From positions 22,941-86,940 of the forward strand of contig DBKT01000012.1 of the NCBI GenBank assembly GCA_002297365.1: 64,000 nt of DNA, given 5' to 3'. Below the pieces are notes generated by a model, which saw only the letters and a list, made by a program, of their open reading frames with translations, searched no databases and was not told where the DNA came from. Shown piece by piece: positions 17,714-25,446 of this stretch (its first letter is position 1; every line of letters begins with the position of its first letter). This DNA comes from Bacillales bacterium UBA743 (GTDB taxonomy: Bacteria > Bacillota_I > Bacilli_A > RFN20 > CAG-826). A program made the position numbers and the translations under genes.

Positions 17714-18184
17714 TTACCAGCGGTAGTGAGCATAAGCCTTATTGGCTTCTGCCATCTTATGAACGTCTTCCTTCTTCTTAACAGAGGCACCCGTTCCATT
17801 AGCGGCATCGATGATTTCGCCTGCTAATTTTTGTTCCATGGTCTTCTCATTGCGAAGACGGGAATAGGTGACGAGCCAGCGAAGGCCGAGAGTTTGTTTT
17901 CTTTCTGGGCTGACTTCGACTGGAACTTGGTAGTTGGCCGCACCAATACGGCGAACTTTGAGTTCCACTTCTGGCATGATGTTGTTGATTGCGGTCGCAA
18001 ACACATCGATGGCAGGTTTCTGAGTTTTTTCTTCGATGATCTTGAAGGAGTTATAGATGATGGTTTGAGCAGTTCCTCTCTTGCCGTCATACATAACGCG
18101 GTTGATCAAACGGGTAACGAGCTTGCTGTTATAGATCGGATCTGGCAAGACATCGCGTTTTTCGATTTTTCCTTTACGTGACAT
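17714..18184 (-). CDS. rpsG: 30S ribosomal protein S7
   Basis: [37 protein letters not shown]..., ending ...AYAHYRW. Confidence 0.97.
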   Translation of the reverse strand: MSRKGKIEKRDVLPDPIYNSKLVTRLINRVMYDGKRGTAQTIIYNSFKIIEEKTQKPAIDVFATAINNIMPEVELKVRRIGAANYQVPVEVSPERKQTLGLRWLVTYSRLRNEKTMEQKLAGEIIDAANGTGASVKKKEDVHKMAEANKAYAHYRW

Positions 18185-18203
18185 AAATCTCTAATCCTTT
18201 CTA

Positions 18204-18623
<420 letters not shown>

Positions 18624-18697
18624 TTTGTCCAATTCTCCTTTTCGAGTAATCCGCATTCGTGAAAAAAGGGGCAAAACCCTTTTCACATGCATTGAAG

Positions 18698-18725
18698 ATT
18701 TTACCTTCCCTTAAAACGTTGTCAA
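18698..18725 (-). promoter_or_regulatory. Candidate sigma-70 promoter of the str operon
   Basis: On the minus strand, TTGACA (18720-18725), a 16-nt spacer and TAAAAT (18698-18703), about 75 nt upstream of the rpsL ATG. Confidence 0.5.
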
Positions 18726-18779
18726 CATCGAATTTATATGGATTTTGACACACAAGGTTAAGTGTGCTTTGATTTATCT

Positions 18780-20279
18780 TTATTTTCTTTCCCAATAAGA
18801 ATAATAAAAATCCGTTCTCATCCGTTGATAATGCGTATGCAAATAAGTATAGACGTCATTTTCTTCGCTTTCTTTAGAAGGCGCGATAATCCAATATGGT
18901 TCTTTCTCTTCAAAATAAGAAAGCAGTTGCGTATTAATATCAGGGTTGTCATGAGACCACCAACTAGATAAAGAAACATATTTGCAAGAAGACAATCTTC
19001 CTAAATAGAGTAATGGGGCAGGATTGCCATCAAGCACATAAACCTCTTTTTCATGGTTAGGATCTTTTTCTTCAATCAATTCCGTGAGATTCTTTTCGCA
19101 TGTTTTGTTGGATTTGCAAGAAGAGCGAAGTTCCGAAGCATCCACCACAAGAGGTTCGCTAAGCAAGAAGGAGGTCAAGCTAAAGAAAAGAGAGAACGCG
19201 ATATAAGCCGCCATAACAGAGGAAAACGAAATCGTTCGTGCTTTTTTACTAAATTCTTTAGGAATAAAGCAAAGAGAAAGAGCAATTAGAATAGGAGGCA
19301 AAAAGCTTATCCAATAATTAATGTAACGAGAGATGAAGACCTGCATAATGCCATCCGTTAGAATGACAGTAAAGAAGAAAAGGAATAGGTTTTTTTCTAG
19401 CTTTTTGCGGCGAAGAAGGAGCAAAACAATTGAAATGGCGAGAAGAGAAGCGGTTTCTAAAGATGCAAGGATTCTCGAAAGATCCCAATGCTTTGTCACA
19501 TAACTTGAATTTTGGAAAATCATCGAATCCAGCATTTCTTTTAAGAAACCGCGAACAAATGCCTCAATGAAAGAAATGGCAATAGGAAGAAGGAAAAAAA
19601 CGATGGCAAGAAGAGCATTCCAAAGAAGAGAACGATCTTTCTTTTCTTTCCTTAGCCAATAAACAAGAAAGAAAATAACCACACCTAAAGGCAAAGCCGC
19701 TTCTGAAGGACGAGACATAAAAGAGAGCCCAGCAGATAATCCCGCAAAAGAAGATCCAATCAAGAAATCTTTTTTAGTAGAGCGAGCAATTCCTCGAATA
19801 TAAAAGAGAATCGTCAAAGAAAAGAAAGGGTTCAAAAGCTCCCCTGTATGGTGTCCACCACAAGCGGTGAAACAAGAAAGAATAAGTCCGATCACGGAAG
19901 AAAGAAAAAACGAAACGGACTTTTTGTAGCCTAATTCCCTAAAAATAAGGTTATAGCAAAAATAATTCACGGCCATATAAAGAGACATAATGACAAACAT
20001 CCCGTTCTTGCCGCCCATTAAAGCGCCTAATCCTTCAACCCAAAAAATATACATCCCCTTATGATCGAATAAATCAACATATGGTTTTAAGCCATGTATG
20101 TATCCATATCCCAAATAAAGAAAGAAATTCCCGTCTAAATCGTTATGTCCAAAATCCAACCCTTGATAAATCGGAGATAAGGAAGATGGTGCAAAAAGCA
20201 AAGCCAAGAAACCAAAGGCAAGAGAAACAATCGTTAGGAGAACAATGTTATATCCTTGTTTCCGCCACATCCCATTCAT
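18780..20279 (-). CDS. Polytopic membrane protein, GT-C fold glycosyltransferase-like (family 39/83, ArnT/PMT-like)
   Basis: 499 aa with at least 10 hydrophobic segments. The first loop, LDFGHNDLDGNFFLYLGYGYIHGLKPYVDLFDHKGMYIFW, resembles the Asp-containing loop plus G..PY.D.[FW]DHKpP motif of ArnT/PMT-type enzymes. The assignment was made by eye only. Confidence 0.55.
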   Translation of the reverse strand: MNGMWRKQGYNIVLLTIVSLAFGFLALLFAPSSLSPIYQGLDFGHNDLDGNFFLYLGYGYIHGLKPYVDLFDHKGMYIFWVEGLGALMGGKNGMFVIMSLYMAVNYFCYNLIFRELGYKKSVSFFLSSVIGLILSCFTACGGHHTGELLNPFFSLTILFYIRGIARSTKKDFLIGSSFAGLSAGLSFMSRPSEAALPLGVVIFFLVYWLRKEKKDRSLLWNALLAIVFFLLPIAISFIEAFVRGFLKEMLDSMIFQNSSYVTKHWDLSRILASLETASLLAISIVLLLLRRKKLEKNLFLFFFTVILTDGIMQVFISRYINYWISFLPPILIALSLCFIPKEFSKKARTISFSSVMAAYIAFSLFFSLTSFLLSEPLVVDASELRSSCKSNKTCEKNLTELIEEKDPNHEKEVYVLDGNPAPLLYLGRLSSCKYVSLSSWWSHDNPDINTQLLSYFEEKEPYWIIAPSKESEENDVYTYLHTHYQRMRTDFYYSYWERK

Positions 20280-20427
20280 AACGAACTAATTATAATTCGA
20301 AGTCTTTCTTATCAAAAGGCAAAGAAAAGAGAATGAAATGGTTAACTACCTTCCAATACATTCTAAATAATCGTTTCCTTTTCTCGGAAAAGCGCTGCCT
20401 TAAAATTAATTTAAAAGGAGGAAACCT

Positions 20428-20877
20428 TTGAGAGGGAAAGATTTCTTCTATTGATCCTGTCGCTGTCCATACCATTCGCCATCGGGGGCAAGGAAGAACC
20501 CAAGTGCCGTCTTCGCCGTCGTGGCGGTAAGCGGCATCTTCTCCATACTGGTGGGTACCGGGCTGAAGGACGCAGCAATCACCGCATCTACCGCATGCGT
20601 CTCCGCGATGACAGCCGGACTCTCCATGAGCTGGATCCGCATCGTCGGCTGAGCCTTGGCGGTCGGTTTGGTGTTTGGCTCCCGAATCAGCTTGGCCGTT
20701 GTTATTGTCGAGAATTGGTTGACAATCAAATCGGCAATGGGCGGCATAAAGGCCTGGTTCCGGAAGACTCCAGGTTCAAAGGGATGGGGAAATGTCGCAA
20801 TTGCACGAACGATGAATGGTTCTGCGAAACGTGCTACTCGCTATATTACTATCACGATGATAGGGAAGCTTCCTTGA
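20428..20877 (+). pseudogene. GC-rich, hydrophobic reading frame interrupted by two in-frame TGA codons (probable remnant of an acquired membrane-protein gene)
   Basis: AAGGAGG (20415-20421), 6 nt, then TTG at 20428. A single frame then runs to the TGA at 20875-20877, with internal TGA codons at 20452 and 20650. It encodes ...NPSAVFAVVAVSGIFSILVGTGLKDAAITASTACVSAMTAGLSMSWIRIVG*ALAVGLVFGSRISLAVVIV.... The codon-position pattern is typical of a GC-rich gene. Confidence 0.3.
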
Positions 20878-21197
20878 GGGAAGCGTGGGATGCCTATGAA
20901 AAGCTTCGAAAATTACGCAAAATAAAAAGAGAACGGGAGAAACGAAAACAGAAAGAAAAAAGCAAAAAGCAGGAAGAAAAAGATGCCAACTTTAGAATCT
21001 GCACTTTTTATGAAAACATCAAACTTTGTGAAATCGAAACGTTTTTACAAAATAAACATGTGACAATAGTAGAAAACGTTTTTCTAGGGACGTTCGACAT
21101 TAGACCAGGCAATCGTTTGATTCATTCTTTGCTACATGCCAAGACGGAATCGCGAAGAAACATTGCTAAGTGGTTCCTTAAAGCTTGTTTTTCTTGA
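20784..21197 (+). CDS. Hypothetical small protein with an N-terminal CxxC-x7-CxxC zinc-ribbon-like motif and a Lys/Glu-rich stretch
   Basis: MGKCRNCTNDEWFCETCYSLYYYHDD...KLRKIKREREKRKQKEKSKKQEEK. It ends 17 nt before a bidirectional terminator shared with rpoC. The SD is weak and the composition is low-complexity. Confidence 0.25.
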   Translation: MGKCRNCTNDEWFCETCYSLYYYHDDREASLREAWDAYEKLRKLRKIKREREKRKQKEKSKKQEEKDANFRICTFYENIKLCEIETFLQNKHVTIVENVFLGTFDIRPGNRLIHSLLHAKTESRRNIAKWFLKACFS

Positions 21198-21213
21198 GAA
21201 AAAGCCTAGGCAC

Positions 21214-21245
21214 TAAAAAAGAGACCGCCAGAGCGGTCTCTTTAT
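21214..21245. terminator. Bidirectional intrinsic terminator after rpoC
   Basis: Stem AGAGACCGC/GCGGTCTCT (21220-21228/21233-21241), with an A-run upstream and a T-rich run downstream on the plus strand. On the minus strand this reads as hairpin plus TTTTTT. Confidence 0.65.
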
Positions 21246-21255
21246 TGTTTATGGA

Positions 21256-24200
21256 CTAGTCGTTCAAATTGTCTTTGCGGTCATGCGCTTCGACATATTG
21301 AGCCTTGACTTCCTTCATCTTGGTTAAGACATCGAAGTGAGAAAGACGTTCTTTCTCTTCTTCTTCGGTGTATAAGCCAGATCCAGTAGGAATGAGTTTG
21401 CCAGTGATGACATTCTCTTTCAAACCATGGAGGTTATCGCGTTTTGCCTTAATGGCAGCGTCGGTAAGAACACGGGTCGTTTCCTGGAAGGATGCGGCAG
21501 AGAGGAAGGATTCGGTTTCCAAAGCAGCCTTGGTGATGCCTAGGATCAATGGACGGCCAATTGCTGGACGTAAGCCATTGACAAGGGCGGTTTGGTTGGC
21601 TTCGGTGTAACGATCAATATCCACTCTGGTGCCCGGTAAGAGGTTGGTATCGCCAGAATCGGTGATAAACATCTTACGCAGCATTTGACGGATGATGATT
21701 TCAAGGTGTTTGTCGGAGAGTTCGATACCCTGTGCGGCATAAACCATCTTGATTTCTCTTAACAAATAGCTCTCGACTGTAGAGACATCGGTGTAGTCAA
21801 GCAAGTCTTGAAGCTTCTTAGAACCCTTGGTGATGAATCCACCCGCTTCGACAAAGCCGCCGACTTTGATGTCATCGGCAAGTTTGGCGTTACGTGGCAC
21901 ATCATAGGTTTCCACTTCAGCGGTATTGCTTTCCACCGTGCTCTTAGCAGAAGAGGTGACAGTGACAATGGCGGCACCATCGTCCTTATGCTCGACATTG
22001 GTAACAGTACCGGCAAATTTAGAGATGATGGCTTGGCCTTTTGGATTACGGGCTTCGACAAGTTCTTGGACACGTGGAAGACCGGAAGTAATATCTTCTC
22101 CAGCCATGCCGCCGGTGTGGAAGACACGCATCGTAAGCTGAGTGCCTGGTTCACCAATGGATTGAGCGGCCATAATGCCAACGGCTTCACCAAGTTCAAC
22201 AAGGTGACCGGTAGCCATGTTAAGGCCATAGCAATGACGGCAAACGCCTTCTTTGGTTTGGCAAGTGAAGATGGAACGGATTTCCACTTCTTCGATGCCC
22301 GCTTTCTCCACTTCCAGCGCTTGGGCTTCATTGATTAAGGTATTGCCTGGGACGATGACTTCGCCCGTCTTTGGATTAACGATATCATGCATGGCATAAC
22401 GGCCGTTGATACGGGAGGAGATGGAAGCGATGACTTCCATGTTTCCAGCCGCCGTCTTCTTCTCGATCTTTCTGACTTTGTAGCCATGATCGCAATGGCA
22501 ATCATCCTCACGGACGATGACATCTTGAGAAACGTCGACAAGACGTCTTGTTAAGTAACCAGAGTCAGCGGTCTTCAAAGCGGTATCCGCTCCACCCTTA
22601 CGAGCGCCATGGGTATTGATGAAGAATTCGTTGACTTTAACGCCAGTACGATAGGAAGAAATGATTGGAAGCTCGATGGCTTCGTTCTTAGGGTTAGAAA
22701 CCAAGCCTTTCATACCAATCAACTGCTTGAAGTTCGCTAAGGAGCCACGAGCGCCAGAGTCAGCCATGATGATCAATGGGTTACGGTTATCTTTCTTCAT
22801 GTAGGAAGCAACCTCGCCTGCGACTTGATCGGTAACGGAAGTCCAAATGCTGATGACTTGCTTATAACGTTCTTCGTTGGTGATATAGCCTTCGTTATAG
22901 GCTTCATTGATCTTCTCAACCTTTTCTTGACCGGCTTTGACGAATCCGTCTTTGTTCTTGATATCCTTAATATCAGATAAGGCGATCGTAACGGAAGAAA
23001 TGGTGGAATATTTGAAGCCTTGATCTTTGATCTTGTCTAAGATCGCAGAAGTCTTGGAAGGTTTGGATTCGACTTGTCTTTCGTCTTTCATATCGTATTT
23101 ATGGAAGACCATATCGATGATGGAGCCAATATCTTTCTTGGCAATAGCCTTGCGGAGATTGGTTAAACAGATATATTCGCCAAGGTTGTCTTCTTCTTTG
23201 TGCAAGGAGAGAGCGATCTTAGCAAGTTCCACGAAGTCAGAATCTTTATAGTGTTCATCCAGATAGGCGCCATCCTTCTTGAAGTAGGTATCGACGAGGT
23301 AATTGACCGCGTCTTCCTCAGAGAGTTTGCCAATTTTTTCCTCTAAAGCGTCATGTTTTTCTTGAAGCTCTTTCGGAGAAACAAACCAAGACTCAATCAC
23401 ATCGTGGTTGATGCTGGCTGGTTTATTGGAGTTGATAAAGACGAAATCATCTGGGAAGAGTTCGTTGAAGATGATCTTGCCAACGGTGGTGATAAGGTAT
23501 TTATTTTCCACATCGCTTGGCAATGCGTAAACAGTCAAATCATCGCCGAATGTCTTATGGAGGGCTTTGGCTGGAACAACGATACGAGTGTGAATCTGGA
23601 TGGACCCAGTTTCATAGGCTTCCATAACCGCTTGGACGGAGCCAAAGATCCTGCCTTCTTGTTTGGAATACTCTTCTTGTTGTAGAGCGGCTTTTTCGTT
23701 AGCGGCTTTTTCCGCTTCGTCATAAACGGTAACCTTGCGGATATCTCTTGCGCGGTTAAGCATGTCGACGCGGGATTCTTCTTCGGTTAGGTAATAGTTT
23801 CCTAAGACCATATCCTGAGAAGGAATAACGATAGCTTTGCCATCTTTTGGACCAAGGATGTTATTCGAAGCGAGCATCAAATCGAGCGCTTCTTCTTGAG
23901 CTGCTTTCCCAAGAGGAACGTGGACAGCCATCTGGTCGCCATCGAAATCGGCGTTAAAGCCAGGGCAAACGAGCGGATGCAAACGGATGGCATGGCCATC
24001 AACCAAGACAGGTTGGAAGGCTTGGATGGAAAGTCTATGAAGGGTAGGAGCGCGGTTAAGGAGAACCGGGTGTTGGCCGATAATTTCCTCAACAATGTCA
24101 TACACCTTCGGATCATAGGCATCGATAAGCTTATCGGCTTGTCTATGAGCGGTAACAACGCCTCTCTTTAAGAGAATGGCTGCGATAAACGGACGTAAAA

Positions 24201-25428
24201 GCTGAACGGCCATCTCGCGTGGAAGACCGCACTGATACATCTTTAAAGATGGTCCGACAGCAATAACGGAACGCCCAGAATAGTCAACACGCTTACCAAG
24301 TAAGTTCTGTCTGAAACGGCCTTGTTTGCCTTTTAAGCCACTAGAAAGGGACTTCAAAGGACGGCCATTCTTTCCTGGGGTAGGTTTGCCACGGCGACCA
24401 TTATCGATCAAAGCGTCAACCGCTTCCTGAAGCATACGTTTCTCGTTCATGAGAATGACGCTTGGGGAGTTGTTTTCGATTAATTTCTTCAAACGATTGT
24501 TACGGATGATGACGCGGCGATAAAGATCGTTGATATCAGAATCCGTGAAACGACCGCCATCAAGTTGAAGCATAGGGCGAAGCTCTGGTGGAATCACAGG
24601 GATAACATCAAGAACCATCCATTCTGGTTTTTGGTTGGAATTGCGGAAAGCTTCGATAACTTCGAGTCTCTTTGCTAATTTCAAACGAGCTTGGCCAGTT
24701 GCATCATGGATTTTGGCAGTTAAGGTTTTATATTCCTCTTCCAAATCGACCTCTTGAAGAAGACGCTTGATGGAAGCGGCGCCCTCGCCGAATTCAGCGC
24801 CGGTGTATTTGCCGACAAAAGCGGTTGTAGAAAGGAAATCGAATGTTTCGTTACGATTTTGCAAACGAGCAATGATTTCTTCCGCCTTTAAAGAATCAGC
24901 GCTGCCTTCAGGAATTTGATCCTTGAAAGCAAGGATGGCATTGACGAAGGTGTTTCTGGAATCTTCAGAGTCATTGAAGAATTCTTTCTTCTTTAAAACG
25001 GTGGATGTGCCTGGGTTCAAACAGATGTGTCCAGCGAAATAAACGATTTCCTCAAGCTCTTTTGGTGACATATCGAGCACTAAGCCGATACGGGAAGGAA
25101 TTCCTTTTAAATACCAGATGTGGGTGCAAGGAGAGACAAGCTCAATATGACCGAATCTTTCTCTTCTCCACTCCTTGGAAATGACTTCAACGTGGCACTT
25201 CTCGCAAGTAGTGCCTTGGAAACGCATCTTCTTGTATTTGCCACAGGAGCATTCATAATCCTTCACAGGACCGAAGATTTGTTCGCAGAATAAGCCACCG
25301 AATTCTGGTTTATGGGAACGATAGTTAATGGTTTCGGAGTTGATGACCTCGCCATGGGACCAGCTACGAATGGTTTCAGGGGAAGCAAGTCCAACTTGCA
25401 TTGCGGCTAAATTATTGATATCAAACAT
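21256..25428 (-). CDS. rpoC: DNA-directed RNA polymerase subunit beta-prime
   Basis: Zn-binding CSCGKYKKMRFQGTTCEKCHVEV, catalytic NADFDGDQMAVH, and the C-terminal trigger-loop/jaw regions. Length is 1390 aa. Confidence 0.98.
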   Translation of the reverse strand: MFDINNLAAMQVGLASPETIRSWSHGEVINSETINYRSHKPEFGGLFCEQIFGPVKDYECSCGKYKKMRFQGTTCEKCHVEVISKEWRRERFGHIELVSPCTHIWYLKGIPSRIGLVLDMSPKELEEIVYFAGHICLNPGTSTVLKKKEFFNDSEDSRNTFVNAILAFKDQIPEGSADSLKAEEIIARLQNRNETFDFLSTTAFVGKYTGAEFGEGAASIKRLLQEVDLEEEYKTLTAKIHDATGQARLKLAKRLEVIEAFRNSNQKPEWMVLDVIPVIPPELRPMLQLDGGRFTDSDINDLYRRVIIRNNRLKKLIENNSPSVILMNEKRMLQEAVDALIDNGRRGKPTPGKNGRPLKSLSSGLKGKQGRFRQNLLGKRVDYSGRSVIAVGPSLKMYQCGLPREMAVQLLRPFIAAILLKRGVVTAHRQADKLIDAYDPKVYDIVEEIIGQHPVLLNRAPTLHRLSIQAFQPVLVDGHAIRLHPLVCPGFNADFDGDQMAVHVPLGKAAQEEALDLMLASNNILGPKDGKAIVIPSQDMVLGNYYLTEEESRVDMLNRARDIRKVTVYDEAEKAANEKAALQQEEYSKQEGRIFGSVQAVMEAYETGSIQIHTRIVVPAKALHKTFGDDLTVYALPSDVENKYLITTVGKIIFNELFPDDFVFINSNKPASINHDVIESWFVSPKELQEKHDALEEKIGKLSEEDAVNYLVDTYFKKDGAYLDEHYKDSDFVELAKIALSLHKEEDNLGEYICLTNLRKAIAKKDIGSIIDMVFHKYDMKDERQVESKPSKTSAILDKIKDQGFKYSTISSVTIALSDIKDIKNKDGFVKAGQEKVEKINEAYNEGYITNEERYKQVISIWTSVTDQVAGEVASYMKKDNRNPLIIMADSGARGSLANFKQLIGMKGLVSNPKNEAIELPIISSYRTGVKVNEFFINTHGARKGGADTALKTADSGYLTRRLVDVSQDVIVREDDCHCDHGYKVRKIEKKTAAGNMEVIASISSRINGRYAMHDIVNPKTGEVIVPGNTLINEAQALEVEKAGIEEVEIRSIFTCQTKEGVCRHCYGLNMATGHLVELGEAVGIMAAQSIGEPGTQLTMRVFHTGGMAGEDITSGLPRVQELVEARNPKGQAIISKFAGTVTNVEHKDDGAAIVTVTSSAKSTVESNTAEVETYDVPRNAKLADDIKVGGFVEAGGFITKGSKKLQDLLDYTDVSTVESYLLREIKMVYAAQGIELSDKHLEIIIRQMLRKMFITDSGDTNLLPGTRVDIDRYTEANQTALVNGLRPAIGRPLILGITKAALETESFLSAASFQETTRVLTDAAIKAKRDNLHGLKENVITGKLIPTGSGLYTEEEEKERLSHFDVLTKMKEVKAQYVEAHDRKDNLND

Positions 25429-25446
25429 AATTCTTTCTTCCTCCTA

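Noticed and set aside
20452-20652. Whether the in-frame TGA codons mean the organism reads TGA as Trp (code 4) or Gly (code 25).
   Set aside because: TGA clearly terminates well-conserved genes at their expected C-termini here: infA, map, the P1B-ATPase, the ybxB-like methyltransferase and the 710-aa lipoprotein. Long genes such as rpoB and rpoC are intact under code 11 with TGG for Trp.
20448-20747. Minus-strand 99-aa ORF (MPPIADLIVNQ...) in the GC-rich island, and the Arg-rich plus-strand frame starting at 20451.
   Set aside because: The Ala/Thr/Pro-rich composition on the minus strand and the Arg-rich composition on the plus strand are what off-frame or antisense translation of a GC-rich gene produces. 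Neither has an SD. The hydrophobic plus-strand frame starting at 20428 has the better codon-position pattern.
20450-20780. The GC-rich island as a structured RNA gene (RNase P RNA, tmRNA, SRP/4.5S, 6S).
   Set aside because: I could not find the hallmark motifs on either strand: the GAGGAAAGTCC-type P4 of RNase P, the tmRNA 5-prime GGGG...tag ORF...3-prime tRNA-like end, or the SRP GGAA-tetraloop/AGCA domain IV. No covariance search was possible, so this is a soft rejection.
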